This document shows, one piece after another, positions 1-10,323 of a DNA stretch of 45,196 nt (positions are counted from its first letter, which is position 1; the number at the start of each line of letters is the position of its first letter). The stretch spans positions 1 to 45,196 of the forward strand of contig JAZNQA010000116.1 of assembly GCA_045589915.1 (NCBI GenBank). Reading direction: 5' to 3'. Position numbers and translations under genes: made by a program. The DNA is from Candidatus Enterenecus sp. (GTDB taxonomy: Bacteria; Bacillota; Clostridia; Oscillospirales; Oscillospiraceae). The notes under the pieces were generated by a model. The model did not search any database. It was not told the origin of the DNA and saw only the letters and a program-made list of their open reading frames with translations.

Positions 1-30
1 GGGCAGGTGGACGGTCTTGTTGTAGTCCAT
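1..30 (-). CDS. ileS: Isoleucine--tRNA ligase, N-terminal 10 codons (runs off window)
   Basis: Reads MDYNKTVHLP, typical of IleRS N-termini; AGGAGGA RBS at 38-44; upstream T-box has an ATC (Ile) specifier. Confidence 0.85.
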   Translation of the reverse strand, partial: MDYNKTVHLP

Positions 31-94
31 CTTTCATTCCTCCTGTATGAAAATATACGTTGTTTCCAGGGAAATGCCGCAGCAGCGGCGGGTT

Positions 95-212
95 CGCCCC
101 CCTCTGACGAGGGGGCTGTCGAGCGCAAGCGAGACTGGGGGAGAGAGATAACAAGGTTCTCTCCCTCCGTCATTTGCTGCGCAAATGCCACCTCCCTCAT
201 CAGAGGGAGGCA
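95..212. repeat. Inverted pair of family-B two-hairpin repeats (C(A/G)TCAGA-loop subtype)
   Basis: Near-identical copy at ~23765-23879; lies between the T-box terminator and the ileS RBS. Confidence 0.85.
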
Positions 213-221
213 CAGGGGTGC

Positions 222-470
222 GGAAAACAAAAAATCCCTTGTCTCCACACATTGAGAGACAAAGGATAACCTCTGCGGTACCACTCTCGTTGCCGGCGAA
301 GCCGGCCACTCGACCGTCCTGTAACGGGGACATCCGGCAGAGCCTACTGGCTGTACGGCGTTGGGTCTGCGGCTCGCAGGTGATCTTCGCCGGGTGCGCC
401 CTGCCGCCCTCGCACCAAAGCGGGCGGCTCTCTGGGAGGTCACATAACCGGGTACTCGTCCTGTTCAAAG
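222..470 (-). promoter_or_regulatory. T-box riboswitch (Ile specifier) with terminator
   Basis: Minus strand shows AGGACGAGTA start, CAGAGAG...GGTGCGAG stem-I motifs, GAAG-ATC specifier (382-384), T-box AACGAGAGTGGTACCGC (275-291), then hairpin plus U-tract (~225-270). Confidence 0.9.
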
Positions 471-485
471 CCTTTGAACTGTTCT

Positions 486-514
486 ATATTATCGGGCTTT
501 CCCCCATTTGTCAA
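486..514 (-). promoter_or_regulatory. SigA promoter for the T-box/ileS transcript
   Basis: TTGACA (514-509), 17-nt spacer, TAATAT (491-486). Confidence 0.75.
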
Positions 515-574
515 CCGCTTTTGGCGGAAAATTGCGAGGAATTGGCTTGATCTTCCTTTCCGGCACCCCTCAAT

Positions 575-1400
575 GAGGGCGCACACGCAGGTGCGCCCCT
601 ACGGCAGGTTCGCAAACTATGATGCAGGGGCGGCTCCCAGAGCCACCCGCACAGACCGCCACCCCGTAGGCCAAAGGCCCTGCCCTTGCCCCACTGCGGG
701 GTGCGGTCATCCATTTTGCATTCTGCATTTCTTTCCCCTCATCCGTCACGGCTGCGCCGTGCCACCTTCCCCAAAGGGGAAGGCTTTCGGGCGGGCCGGT
801 GTCCCGCCCCTACAAAAAATGATCGACCAAAGGCGTAGGGGCCGCACACCTGGGCGGCCCATTTGACACCTCTCCGTCATTTGCTCCGCAAATGCCACCC
901 GCCCTACCCCCTCTGTCCTTCGGACATCTCCCCCTGACAGGGGGAGTCGGCCCTCAATGGGAGGCTTTTAGGGTCGTCGGGGACGCCGACCCCTACGCCA
1001 AGCCTGTAAGCTTTTTCGTAGGGGCGCACCTGTGTGTGCGCCCACTTGCGGCGCGTCAGGGATGCCGCGCCCTACGACATTCCATTATTCATTATCAATT
1101 ACCCATTCATTCTACATTCTGCATTCCCTGCATTCTGCATTGTTTTCCCCTCATCCGTCACGGCTTCGCCGTGCCACCTTCCCCAAAGGGGAAGGCTTTC
1201 GGGCGGGCCGGTGTCCCGCCCCTACGGCGGTGTTCGGTGGTGCGCCCGTAAGGCCCCCTTGTGTAAAGGGGGCTGGCATGGCGAAGCCATGACTGGGGGA
1301 TTGTCCATCACTGCACAACCCCTCCGGCGGCTTCGCCGCCACCTCCCCTTACACAGGGGAGGCTTCTCCCCTGCAGTCCATTGTCAATTGTCAATTCTTA
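575..1400. repeat. Mosaic repeat cluster (families A, B, C)
   Basis: About 9 GTAG-REPs (e.g. 1018-1043), B repeats at ~736-785, 867-965, 1148-1196 and 1252-1365, and CATTCTG/TTATCAA 7-mer tracts. Confidence 0.9.
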
Positions 1401-1422
1401 AGGGAAGGCTGATGAACGAACC

Positions 1423-1453
1423 AACGGCCTGCGGGATATTCCGCAGGCCGTTG
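1423..1453 (-). terminator. Hairpin downstream of the phosphate acyltransferase gene
   Basis: CAACGGCCTGCGG...CCGCAGGCCGTTG 13-bp stem; no strong U-tract. Confidence 0.55.
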
Positions 1454-1497
1454 AATATTCAGTATATTTTGTCCAGTCGCCCGCAGGGGGCAGCAGC

Positions 1498-2418
1498 TCA
1501 GATGTACGGGCACTCCTCAGGCAGAACGGTGCAGAAAGCCAGGGAGTTGTAGGCCACCTCAGGGGCATCGCTGCGGGAGGTGATGGCCACACGGATCTTG
1601 GCACCCACCACCACGCCGCAGGTCTTGGCGTTGGCGTGGATCTGCCACCCCTTGACGATGAGGTTGCCGGCCAGCAGGGAGGGAGCCACGATACCGTCGA
1701 AATTGCCGCAGTAGTCGCAGTCATATCCCTTCAGACGGGCAGCCTCCTCAGAGAGGATCAGGTCGTAGGCGATGGGGCCCACCAGATTGCAGTCGGCAAT
1801 GGGGTGCCTGCTGTGCTCCAGCACCAGCTCGTGGGCATCAATGGTGTCCTTCATGTGGAAGCTGGTCTGCTCCACCAGCGCCAGCAGGGCGATATTGGGG
1901 GCCTCGTCCTCCACATAGCGCAGGGTGTCCACCATGTTGCGGATGATGTCCTTCTTCTGGGCACGGTTGGGCTCGATGGTCACGGTAACGTCGCCAATGG
2001 CGATCATCTTGTGGTACTCCGGCATGGACACCAGGTCGATGTGGGTGAGCAGACGGTTGGTGCGCAGACCGTTGCGGCGGTCCAGCAGGGGCATGAGGAA
2101 CTCACGGGTCTGGACATTGCCACGCATGAGGATGTCGCCCTCGCCCTTGTTGATGAGCTCGATGGCAATCTGGGTGACGTTGTCGCCACGGTAGGTCTCC
2201 ACCAGACGGTAGGGCTTATCCTTCAGCCCAAGGCGATCCAGCATGGGCCAGATCTTGCCGGCCTCGCCCACCAGCACCAGGTCGGCAAAGCCCTCGTCCT
2301 GGGCCCGGAATGCGCCCAGCAGGATGTTTTCCGCATCGGCACCGGCGATGACCACTCGGTTCTTCTGGCCGGAAGCCTTGGCCTTTTCCACGATCTGCTC
2401 AAAGTTTTTCAGCGCCAT
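1498..2418 (-). CDS. Phosphate acetyl/butyryltransferase (PTA_PTB family)
   Basis: GDILMRGNVQT, GPIAYDL..S.EAA..KG and ITSRSD motifs resemble Ptb; GAGGAG RBS. Confidence 0.85.
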   Translation of the reverse strand: MALKNFEQIVEKAKASGQKNRVVIAGADAENILLGAFRAQDEGFADLVLVGEAGKIWPMLDRLGLKDKPYRLVETYRGDNVTQIAIELINKGEGDILMRGNVQTREFLMPLLDRRNGLRTNRLLTHIDLVSMPEYHKMIAIGDVTVTIEPNRAQKKDIIRNMVDTLRYVEDEAPNIALLALVEQTSFHMKDTIDAHELVLEHSRHPIADCNLVGPIAYDLILSEEAARLKGYDCDYCGNFDGIVAPSLLAGNLIVKGWQIHANAKTCGVVVGAKIRVAITSRSDAPEVAYNSLAFCTVLPEECPYI

Positions 2419-2522
2419 AGTAATCTCTCCTCATTCGGCAGAGCCTGCCGTATTTTCCTGTCTATCATAGTATCACGATTTTCCTCGTCAAGCAAGGGGA
2501 AAGCGGGAGATTCAGCGGTTTT

Positions 2523-3467
2523 TTAGCCCTTTTCCGCACGGAAGGCGCACCAGCCGGAGCGCTCCAGCCGGCGGGTGATGCGCAGGCCGTGGGCCTCGAT
2601 GGCGGCGGCTACCTCGTCGGCACGGGTGTCGATGATGCCGGAGGTGAGGAACACGCCGTCCTCCGTCATGAAGCTGCCCGCCACGGCGGACAGGGGGATG
2701 ATGACATCGGCCACGATGTTGGCCAGCACCACCTTGTTTTTGCCCGGCTCCAGCCTGGCGGCCAGTTTGGGGTCACCCAGCACGTTGCCCGCCAGCACGG
2801 TGAGCCGGTCACGGCCGATGCCGTTCATTTCGGCGTTCTCATAGGCCACGTCCACCGCCTTGGGGTCGATGTCCACGCCGATGACCCGACTGGCGCCCAG
2901 CCCCAGAGCGGCGATGCCCAGAATACCCGATCCGCAGCCCAGATCCAGCACCGGGTCGCCCGCCGCCACCGCATCCTCCAGCAGCTCCAGGCAGAGCTGG
3001 GTGGTGGGGTGGGAGCCGGTGCCGAAGGTGAGGCCGGGGTTGAGGTAGATGGGCACACGCCCGTCGGGTACGGTCTGTCCCCGCATCCATTCGGGGACGA
3101 TGTAAATGCGCTTGCCCACGGGGATGGGCTGGTAATATTTCTGCCATGAGGTGGCCCAGTCCTCCTCCCGAAGGGAGACGGTCTGGGGCTCGTACTCCTC
3201 CAGCCCGCTGAGATAGGTGCGGAGCTGGCGCTGGCCCTCCTCATTGTCGGGGACATAGAACTTCACCCGGCTGGCCCCCTTCATGCGGGCGGCCAGGTCC
3301 TCGTCCACATAGTCCCAGAACTGGCGGGTCTGCTCCAGAAACTTCAGGAAGTCCCCTTCCTCCTCCACCACCAGTCCGGTCATGCCGTTGGCGGTGAGGG
3401 TATCGCACACGCCGTCCAGCCGCTCCGCCGGAACGGGGAGGGTGACCTCCAGCCACAGTTCGCTCAT
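2523..3467 (-). CDS. prmA: Ribosomal protein L11 methyltransferase
   Basis: EEDWATSWQKYY, PGLTFGTGSHPTT, VLDLGCGSGIL and ANIVADVI motifs; ATG 3467 follows AGGAG. Confidence 0.95.
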   Translation of the reverse strand: MSELWLEVTLPVPAERLDGVCDTLTANGMTGLVVEEEGDFLKFLEQTRQFWDYVDEDLAARMKGASRVKFYVPDNEEGQRQLRTYLSGLEEYEPQTVSLREEDWATSWQKYYQPIPVGKRIYIVPEWMRGQTVPDGRVPIYLNPGLTFGTGSHPTTQLCLELLEDAVAAGDPVLDLGCGSGILGIAALGLGASRVIGVDIDPKAVDVAYENAEMNGIGRDRLTVLAGNVLGDPKLAARLEPGKNKVVLANIVADVIIPLSAVAGSFMTEDGVFLTSGIIDTRADEVAAAIEAHGLRITRRLERSGWCAFRAEKG

Positions 3468-3499
3468 GTTACACACTCCTTTTGGTCTTGGTGGTGGGT

Positions 3500-3866
3500 G
3501 GGCGGGAAGGGCAGAGCCCTTGCCCTACGGTCACCTCTCCGTCACCGCCTGCGGCGGTGCCACCTCCCCTCAAGGGGAGGCATTTGCGGGCGGCTCTGGG
3601 AGCCGCCCCTACATCGTCGGCACAAGCTTCGTATCGCTCATTTCCGCCTGCGGCGAAAATTTACTCGCTTCGCTGCGCCTCCTCTCCCCACCGAACCCGC
3701 TGCGCTGGGCTTCGGCGGGGCCCCCAATGGATGTGTAGGGGCCGCACACTCGGCGGCCCTGCGGGCGGGTCTGGGGGCCGGCCTTACGGGGATGTTCGGT
3801 GGTGCGCCCGTATTCACCTCTCAGTCAGCCTTGCGGCTGACAGCTCCCCTCAAGGGGAGCCTTTAG
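3500..3866. repeat. Mosaic repeat cluster including a family-D element (3614-3728)
   Basis: GTAG-REPs, B repeats at ~3532-3581 and ~3816-3862; the D element sits between a CCCTAC and a GTAGGGG. Confidence 0.85.
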
Positions 3867-3890
3867 GATGGCGGTGCCTTTGGCCGTCCC

Positions 3891-4196
3891 TTATTTCACC
3901 TTGATCTGCTCCACGTTATCCAGCCGGTAGAGGGCATCCCGCTGGGACTTCTTGCCCTCGTTCACCCGGAGCAGCACCCACGCCTCGTCCACGTCCAACA
4001 CCCGGACATCGCCGATAAAGCCACCGTCCTCGATGTCGATGCCGATCACCTGACCGCGGTACTGCTCCAACTGACGGGCCAAGCCCCGGCCAGCCCTGGA
4101 GGTAATATCATTTTCCCGGAGCTGCCGCTCCAGCCGCCGCACCTTTACCAGCGCTCCGATGGCAAATATGAATGCGAAGATACCGAGGTATTCCAT
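3891..4196 (-). CDS. Small hypothetical protein: N-terminal TM helix plus beta-rich domain
   Basis: Hydrophobic N-terminus; RBS GGAAGGAGG; start overlaps the stop of the upstream HTH gene. Confidence 0.75.
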   Translation of the reverse strand: MEYLGIFAFIFAIGALVKVRRLERQLRENDITSRAGRGLARQLEQYRGQVIGIDIEDGGFIGDVRVLDVDEAWVLLRVNEGKKSQRDALYRLDNVEQIKVK

Positions 4197-4654
4197 CAGA
4201 CCGCTCCCTCCTTCCCGTCCAGATAGGTGAGGGATTGGATGGAGGACAGGGGGATGAGCCGGGTCTCCCGTCGGTCCTTTTTCTTCTTAACAAATTCCAC
4301 GCTGGCCCAGCCGCCGTCAAAGTCCAGAATGGTGCACCAGTCGTAAAAGCCGATGCCATTATCTTCGTACAGGGAAAGTTTCAGCTTCCGCCCCTGCGCC
4401 GACAGCAGCAGGCGGGTCAGAAGATTGGGGGCGGGCTTGCCGCTCTCGTCCACATCGTCCCGCAGCAGCCAGTCGCAGCTCACGTTCAGGATCTGCGCCA
4501 TGCGGACGATCTTATCCGTTTCAGGGTAGGCGGTGTCCGACTCCCACCGGGAGACGGCCTGCCGGGTGACGCCCAGCCGTTCCGCCAACTGCTCCTGCGT
4601 CAGGTTGGCCTGCTTTCGCGCCTGCGCCAGCTTGGCGCCCATGGTCATGTTCAT
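4196..4654 (-). CDS. XRE-family helix-turn-helix regulator with C-terminal beta domain
   Basis: LTQEQLAERLGVTRQAVSRWESDTAYPE; GAGGTG RBS precedes ATG 4654. Confidence 0.9.
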   Translation of the reverse strand: MNMTMGAKLAQARKQANLTQEQLAERLGVTRQAVSRWESDTAYPETDKIVRMAQILNVSCDWLLRDDVDESGKPAPNLLTRLLLSAQGRKLKLSLYEDNGIGFYDWCTILDFDGGWASVEFVKKKKDRRETRLIPLSSIQSLTYLDGKEGAV

Positions 4655-4727
4655 AGGAATCACCTCATGCAAATTGATATGCCTCAGCATACCAAAATCC
4701 CACCGGCAGACCACCCAGTTCCGGTTT

Positions 4728-4744
4728 CCAAATGTTACATTTGG
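4728..4744. promoter_or_regulatory. Perfect 8-1-8 palindrome, candidate operator
   Basis: CCAAATGT-T-ACATTTGG upstream of a TG-extended -10 (TATGCT, 4691-4686) of the XRE gene. Confidence 0.5.
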
Positions 4745-4775
4745 GTTTCCCCGGCCGCATTCGGCGGCCTTGACC

Positions 4776-4923
4776 GCAGGGGCGCACCTGCGTGTGCGCC
4801 CGTATTCACCTCTCAGTCAGCCTTACGGCTGACAGCTCCCCTCAAGGGGAGCCTTTGAAGTGCACACCCCATAGCCTCCCCTCGAGGGGAGGTGGCATTT
4901 GCGGAGCAAATGACGGAGAGGTG
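4776..4923. repeat. Family-A REP plus inverted family-B pair
   Basis: GCAGGGGCGCACC..GTGCGCCC, then CACCTCTCAGTCAG..GGGGAGCC, then GCCTCCCC..GGAGAGGTG. Confidence 0.9.
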
Positions 4924-4931
4924 TCAAGCTC

Positions 4932-5666
4932 TTACGGATTGGCGATGCGGGCGGAGAGCTCCTGCAGGGTCACCTGATATGCCTCCTGCTGGTGGGGCAG
5001 GGTGGGCCATTGGGCGGGGGCGTCCCAGCCCTTGGCGGCAAAGATGCGCTCCAGCATGAGATGGGCCACATGGGGGTTCTTCACCAGCAGGGGGCCGGTG
5101 ATGTGGGTGGCCAGCAGATTGCCGTCCACATATCCCTCGGCGCCCAGCTCGCCCTCGTTGCCGAAGCCCAGCTTCAGCCCCTCGAACAGGGGGGTGGTCA
5201 CGCCGGAGGTGGTGCTGCACTTGTTCATAAAGCCCACCACCAGCTTGCTGAGCAGGGCGGTGGAGGCCACCACGTCCTCCGGATCACGCTTGTCGCTCTC
5301 CACGGTGGTGAAGCCGGCCAGACCCATGCCCGTCCACTCCTTGCCACGCACATCGGTGACCGATTGGCCCAGCACCTCCATGGCATTGCCGGTGAACAGA
5401 ACCACCGCCCCCCGCTCCAGAGCGGCTTTCAGCCCCTCGGCATGGGGCTGGAGGGCCATGAGCGCCGCCTTTTGGGTGCGCTCGGTGCCGCAGCCCATGT
5501 AGATGAAGTCGGCGGCGGAAAAATCGGGGGGGTTGTCGATGGGATGGGCGGTCACCGTCACCGCCACGCCCAGCTCCTCCAGCATACGGCGCAGCACGGT
5601 CACATTGGCGTACTCCCCGTACAGGGACATACAGTCGGGGTAGAGATGCAGAATCTTCAGTTCCAT
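4932..5666 (-). CDS. gatD: Lipid II isoglutaminyl synthase, glutaminase subunit (GatD/CobQ-like)
   Basis: ILHLYPD.MSLYGE..N and THITGPLLVKNP motifs; directly downstream of murT. Confidence 0.85.
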   Translation of the reverse strand: MELKILHLYPDCMSLYGEYANVTVLRRMLEELGVAVTVTAHPIDNPPDFSAADFIYMGCGTERTQKAALMALQPHAEGLKAALERGAVVLFTGNAMEVLGQSVTDVRGKEWTGMGLAGFTTVESDKRDPEDVVASTALLSKLVVGFMNKCSTTSGVTTPLFEGLKLGFGNEGELGAEGYVDGNLLATHITGPLLVKNPHVAHLMLERIFAAKGWDAPAQWPTLPHQQEAYQVTLQELSARIANP

Positions 5667-5678
5667 GTCCGTCCCTCC

Positions 5679-7010
5679 TCAGTCCTGCCGGGCAATGCCC
5701 AGCAGCTTGTCACGGTCGGAGAAGCAGGTGACCACAAACAGGGGCAGCTCCCCCTCGGCCTCCAGCCGGTCCGCCGCTTCGCTGATACTCTCGCACAGGG
5801 TGATGCGCTGCGCCGGCACGGCGGAGCAGTCGAACCGCAGCGCCAGATCGTGGACATACTTGCCGCACAGCCACACCCGCTTCACATGGTCGGCGGAGAG
5901 CCGGTCGAAGTCGATGTCCCACAGCCAGCTCGTCTCGCCGGTGAAATACTTGCGGCTGATGGAGTCCACGATGACCATCACCTCACAGGGGCGCTTCTGG
6001 CGGGCAATGTAGTCCAGATTGGTGTCGTAGGCCACGGAATTTTCATGCTTGGAGGTGAGCAGGGTGCCCCGATGCCCCCCCAGAGCGAAGGTGACCATGC
6101 GTCCGTTTTTCAGAATATAGTTATTGATGACCCCGGTCATGGTGTCCACATCCGCCCCGCACAGGGAGCAGACAGACCATGCCGCCAGAATGTTGTACAC
6201 ATTATAAATACTGCGGAAGGCCAGCTCGATGGTGTGCTCCCCATTGATGGTGAGCTTGCCCTCGTCCAGATCCAGCGCCGTCACGGCAAAGTCGGGCATA
6301 TGGCGGTGATGCCCGCAGCAGGGGCACATATAGTGGCCGATGTGGTGGTAGTGATAGTAGAGGTAGGTCAGCTTGCCCTTGCAGATGGGGCAGCGCTCGC
6401 CGTCGTGGTACATACCGTGGTGGCGGTCGGTGCTGACAGAGCTTTCCTCCAGCCCGAACCACACCACCCGCTGCTCCTCGTTCTCGGTGCCGAAGCAGGA
6501 GACCAGAGGATCGTCGGCATTGAGCACCAGGGTGGTGTCCGGATGGATGGCGGGCTGAATGGCCTCGTACACCCATTCGGGGTGACCGTTGCGGGTGAGC
6601 TGGTCACGGTACAGGTTGGTGATGACGAAGTGGGTGGGGTGGAACCACTGGAAGGTGTGGCGGGCGTAGCGCTCGTCGCTCTCCAGCAGGAGCACATCCC
6701 CCTTCACCCGCCCCTTCAGGGTGGAGTGGGAGAGCAGCAGGGTGGTGACGCCCTCGATCTGGTTGGAGCCCTCCTTGTTGTACACCACCTTCTTGCCTGA
6801 GGCGGTGAGGATGGCGGCGATCATCTCCACGGTGGAGGTCTTGCCGTTGGAGCCGGTGACGGCGATGATTCGCTCAGGCAGCGTGACCCGACCAAGCACG
6901 TCGGGACAGACCTTGAGGGCGAACTGGCCGGGCAGGGAGCTGCCCTTGCCCATCAGACCGCCCACAAAGCGCAGGATCTTGCACAGGATGACCGCTAACA
7001 TCAGTTTCAT
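5679..7010 (-). CDS. murT: Lipid II isoglutaminyl synthase, MurT ligase subunit
   Basis: VTGSNGKTST, NLYRDQLTRNG, NADDP, a CxxC...CxxC zinc ribbon and SWLWDIDF. Confidence 0.92.
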   Translation of the reverse strand: MKLMLAVILCKILRFVGGLMGKGSSLPGQFALKVCPDVLGRVTLPERIIAVTGSNGKTSTVEMIAAILTASGKKVVYNKEGSNQIEGVTTLLLSHSTLKGRVKGDVLLLESDERYARHTFQWFHPTHFVITNLYRDQLTRNGHPEWVYEAIQPAIHPDTTLVLNADDPLVSCFGTENEEQRVVWFGLEESSVSTDRHHGMYHDGERCPICKGKLTYLYYHYHHIGHYMCPCCGHHRHMPDFAVTALDLDEGKLTINGEHTIELAFRSIYNVYNILAAWSVCSLCGADVDTMTGVINNYILKNGRMVTFALGGHRGTLLTSKHENSVAYDTNLDYIARQKRPCEVMVIVDSISRKYFTGETSWLWDIDFDRLSADHVKRVWLCGKYVHDLALRFDCSAVPAQRITLCESISEAADRLEAEGELPLFVVTCFSDRDKLLGIARQD

Positions 7011-7051
7011 GGTGACCCTTCCTCTTCTGTATAAATTGATAATGTTGTTTT

Positions 7052-7286
7052 CGGGCGGGCCGGTGTCCCGCCCCTACGGTAAGTTCTCCCGTTTGTTCGT
7101 AGGGGCGCACCTGTGTGTGCGCCCAAATACACCTCTCAGTCAGCCTTGTGGCTGACAGCTCCCCTCAAGGGGAGCCTTTGGGGGGATCACCCATTCTGCA
7201 TTCTGCATTCCTGCATTCTGCATTTCCCTCCCCCTCATCCGTCACCGCCTGCGGCGGTGCCACCTTCCCCGAAGGGGAAGGCTTTT
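7052..7286. repeat. Mosaic repeat cluster between mnmG and murT
   Basis: Two A REPs, two B repeats and a CATTCTG tract (7191-7224). Confidence 0.9.
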
Positions 7287-7288
7287 GC

Positions 7289-9154
7289 CTACTTCTCCAG
7301 CCAGATCATCAGCGCCGTGATGTCGGCGGGGGACACGCCGGAGATGCGGCTGGCCTGCCCCAGATTGAGGGGGCGGATCCTGTCCAGCTTCTGGCGTGCC
7401 TCCAGCCGCAGCCCCTGAATGGACAGGTAGTCCACATCGGGGGGGATGGGGCGGCTCTCCAGTCGGGACAAGTCCGCCACCTGCCGGAGCTGGCGGTCGA
7501 TGTAGCCCTGATACTTCACGGTGATCTCCACCTGCTCGGTGACGTCCGCCGTCAGCATGGGGCGCTCCCGATCAAAGGGGGCGAGGTCGGCATAGGTCAC
7601 CTTGGGGCGGCGCAGCAGGTCGGACAGGCGTGCGCCGTGGGGGCAGGGCTGCTCCCCACGCAGGGCCAGCAGCTCGTCCAACTCCGCCGAGGGGGGCGCA
7701 CCGGTGTGCTCCAGCCGCTTCACCTCGCCGTCCACGGCGGCATACTTGGCCTCCACCCGTGCCATGGCCTCCTCCGGCACCAGCCCCACCCGATACCCGT
7801 AATGGGTGAGGCGGCGGTCGGCATTGTCCTGCCGGTGGATGAGGCGGTACTCCGTGCGGGAGGTCATCATGCGGTAGGGCTCGTTGGTGCCCTTGGTCAC
7901 CAGATCGTCGATGAGCACGCCGATATATCCATCCCCACGGGTGAGGATGAGGGGTTCCTCCCCCTTGAGCTTGAGGGCGGCGTTGATGCCCGCCACCAGG
8001 CCCTGAGCGGCGGCCTCCTCATAGCCGGAGGAGCCGTTGAACTGCCCCGCACCGTACAGACCGGGCACTTGTTTGCACTCCAGCGTGGGCAGCAGCTCGG
8101 TGGGGTCGATGCAGTCGTACTCGATGGCGTAGGCGGGGCGGGTCATCTCCGCCTGCTCCAGCCCCTCGATGGTGTGGAGCATCTCCACCTGCACCTCTTC
8201 GGGAAGGGAGGAGGAGAAGCCCTGAATGTACAGCTCCTCGGTGTTCAGCCCCATGGGCTCGATGAAGAGCTGGTGGCGGGGCTTTTCCGCAAAACGCACC
8301 ACCTTGTCCTCGATGGAGGGGCAGTAGCGGGGCCCCACCCCCTCGATGACTCCGGAGAACAGGGGGGAGCGGTGGAGGTTGCGGCGGATGACCTCGTGGG
8401 TGCGCTCATTGGTATAGGTCAGGTAGCACACCGCCTGATTGTCCGGGCGGTGGGTGGTGGAGAAAGAGAAGGGGACGGGGACATCGTCACCCGCCTGCAC
8501 CTCGAGCCTGGACAGGTCCACGCTGCGGCGGTTGACACGGGGGGGCGTACCCGTCTTGAACCGGCGGATGGACAGTCCCAGCCCCCGCAGACAGTCGGTG
8601 AGGGGGAGGGCGGCGGCCATGCCGTCGGGTCCGGAGTCACGGGCCACCTCGCCCACGATGGTGCGTCCCCCCAGATAGGTGCCGGTGGCAAGGATGGCGG
8701 CACGGACATCGTAGGTGGCGCCGGTGGCGGTGCGCACGGCGCAGGCGGCGCCGTTTTCATCGGTGAGCACCTCGGTGACCTCCGCCTGCTTCACCCACAG
8801 GTTTTCCTGAAGCTCCAGCGTGTGCTTCATGACCTCCTGATAGCGGCGGCGGTCTGCCTGCGCCCGCAGCGACCAGACGGCGGGGCCTTTGCCCCGGTTG
8901 AGCATACGGTACTGGATGCAGGCCATGTCGGCGGCCTTGCTCATCTCGCCGCCCAGAGCGTCCAGCTCACGCACCAGATGGCCCTTGCCCGTGCCGCCGA
9001 TGGCGGGGTTGCAGGGCATATTGCCCACCGCATCCAGATTGATGGTGAAGCACAGGGTGCGCAAGCCCAGCCGTGCAGCGGCAAGGGCGGCCTCGATGCC
9101 GGCGTGACCGGCGCCGATGACGGCAATATCAAATTGTCCGGCGTGGTAGTTCAT
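7289..9154 (-). CDS. mnmG: tRNA uridine-34 carboxymethylaminomethyl modification enzyme
   Basis: [40 protein letters not shown] and [17 protein letters not shown] motifs. Confidence 0.97.
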   Translation of the reverse strand: MNYHAGQFDIAVIGAGHAGIEAALAAARLGLRTLCFTINLDAVGNMPCNPAIGGTGKGHLVRELDALGGEMSKAADMACIQYRMLNRGKGPAVWSLRAQADRRRYQEVMKHTLELQENLWVKQAEVTEVLTDENGAACAVRTATGATYDVRAAILATGTYLGGRTIVGEVARDSGPDGMAAALPLTDCLRGLGLSIRRFKTGTPPRVNRRSVDLSRLEVQAGDDVPVPFSFSTTHRPDNQAVCYLTYTNERTHEVIRRNLHRSPLFSGVIEGVGPRYCPSIEDKVVRFAEKPRHQLFIEPMGLNTEELYIQGFSSSLPEEVQVEMLHTIEGLEQAEMTRPAYAIEYDCIDPTELLPTLECKQVPGLYGAGQFNGSSGYEEAAAQGLVAGINAALKLKGEEPLILTRGDGYIGVLIDDLVTKGTNEPYRMMTSRTEYRLIHRQDNADRRLTHYGYRVGLVPEEAMARVEAKYAAVDGEVKRLEHTGAPPSAELDELLALRGEQPCPHGARLSDLLRRPKVTYADLAPFDRERPMLTADVTEQVEITVKYQGYIDRQLRQVADLSRLESRPIPPDVDYLSIQGLRLEARQKLDRIRPLNLGQASRISGVSPADITALMIWLEK

Positions 9155-9195
9155 GGACAATACGTTTCTCTCTTTCTCAGTGGTATTCAACGCTT

Positions 9196-9462
9196 CAATT
9201 GATAATTGATAATGGATCATTGACAATGCGGAGTAGGGGCGCACCTGCGTGTGCGCCCGAATGCGGGCGGGCCGGTGTCCCGCCCCTACGACAAATGATG
9301 GGACAAGGGTGTAGGGGCCGCCGCCCTCGGCGGCCCATTCGGGCGGGTTTGGAACCCGCCCCTACGGCAGCGTTCGGTCGTGCGCTGTAGGGGCGCACCT
9401 GTGTGTGCGCCCGCCAGCACCTCTCAGTCAGCTTCGCTGACAGCTCCCCTCAAGGGGAGCCT
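9196..9462. repeat. Mosaic repeat cluster
   Basis: TTGATAA 7-mer tract, five A REPs and a B repeat at 9418-9461. Confidence 0.9.
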
Positions 9463-10323
9463 TTAAGAGTTCTGCGTCAGCTCCAGCACCGCCAGATCGG
9501 GGCGGTTGAAGATGCGGAAGCCGTAGACGGGGGTGGTGTTGTTGCCCAGCCCACGGGAGACGAACAGGGTGCTGTCCCCCAGGGTATACACCCCTGCCGT
9601 CCACGTGGGCAGAAAGGCCCGGCCGGGGCCCACCAGCCCATCGGTAAAGGGCAGGCGGATGATGCCGCCGTGGGCGTGGCCGGACAGCACCAGATCATAC
9701 CCCGCCTGAGCATATTGGTCAAAGCGGTCATTGCGGTGGGCCAGCAGGATGGTACACAGGTCGGGAACGTCCCTTTGTATCTCATCATACAGCCCCGCCG
9801 GCGTTTTCTGGTCGGCGTAGCCGTTGGGGTCGTCCACCCCCGCCAGCACCACCTGCGCCCCCGCTCGCTCCAGCAGGATATACTGGTTGGACAGCACCGT
9901 CACCCCGCATTGGGTGAGGATGCCCTTGAGGGCGGTGACATTGCCCACGCTCCACTCGTGGTTGCCCGTGACATAGCAGGTGGGGGCGATGCCCGCCAGA
10001 CCCCTGGCCAGAGCGGGCACCATGGCAAACTGGCTCTCCCGATCCACAAGGTCGCCGGTGATGACGATGAGATCGGGCTGCTGCTCCCGCACCATGGCCA
10101 GCAGCGTTTCGCTGTCCTCGCCGTACTCATGGCCGTGGAGGTCGGACAGGTGGACGATGCGGAAGCCCTCAAACCCTTGGGGCAGGCCGTAGACGGGCAC
10201 CTGGGTCACCGTGGTGCGAATACCCCAGCTCTGCCACCACAGCCACGGGATGCCCACCGCCAGCAGCACCACCGCCGCCAGCAGCAGTACCAACAGGCGG
10301 CGGCGCCGTTTAGTCTTCATCAT
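9463..10323 (-). CDS. Calcineurin-like metallophosphoesterase (YkuE-like) with N-terminal anchor
   Basis: SDLH, TGDLVD, GNHE, SGHAHGG and VSRGLG motifs. Confidence 0.92.
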   Translation of the reverse strand: MMKTKRRRRLLVLLLAAVVLLAVGIPWLWWQSWGIRTTVTQVPVYGLPQGFEGFRIVHLSDLHGHEYGEDSETLLAMVREQQPDLIVITGDLVDRESQFAMVPALARGLAGIAPTCYVTGNHEWSVGNVTALKGILTQCGVTVLSNQYILLERAGAQVVLAGVDDPNGYADQKTPAGLYDEIQRDVPDLCTILLAHRNDRFDQYAQAGYDLVLSGHAHGGIIRLPFTDGLVGPGRAFLPTWTAGVYTLGDSTLFVSRGLGNNTTPVYGFRIFNRPDLAVLELTQNS

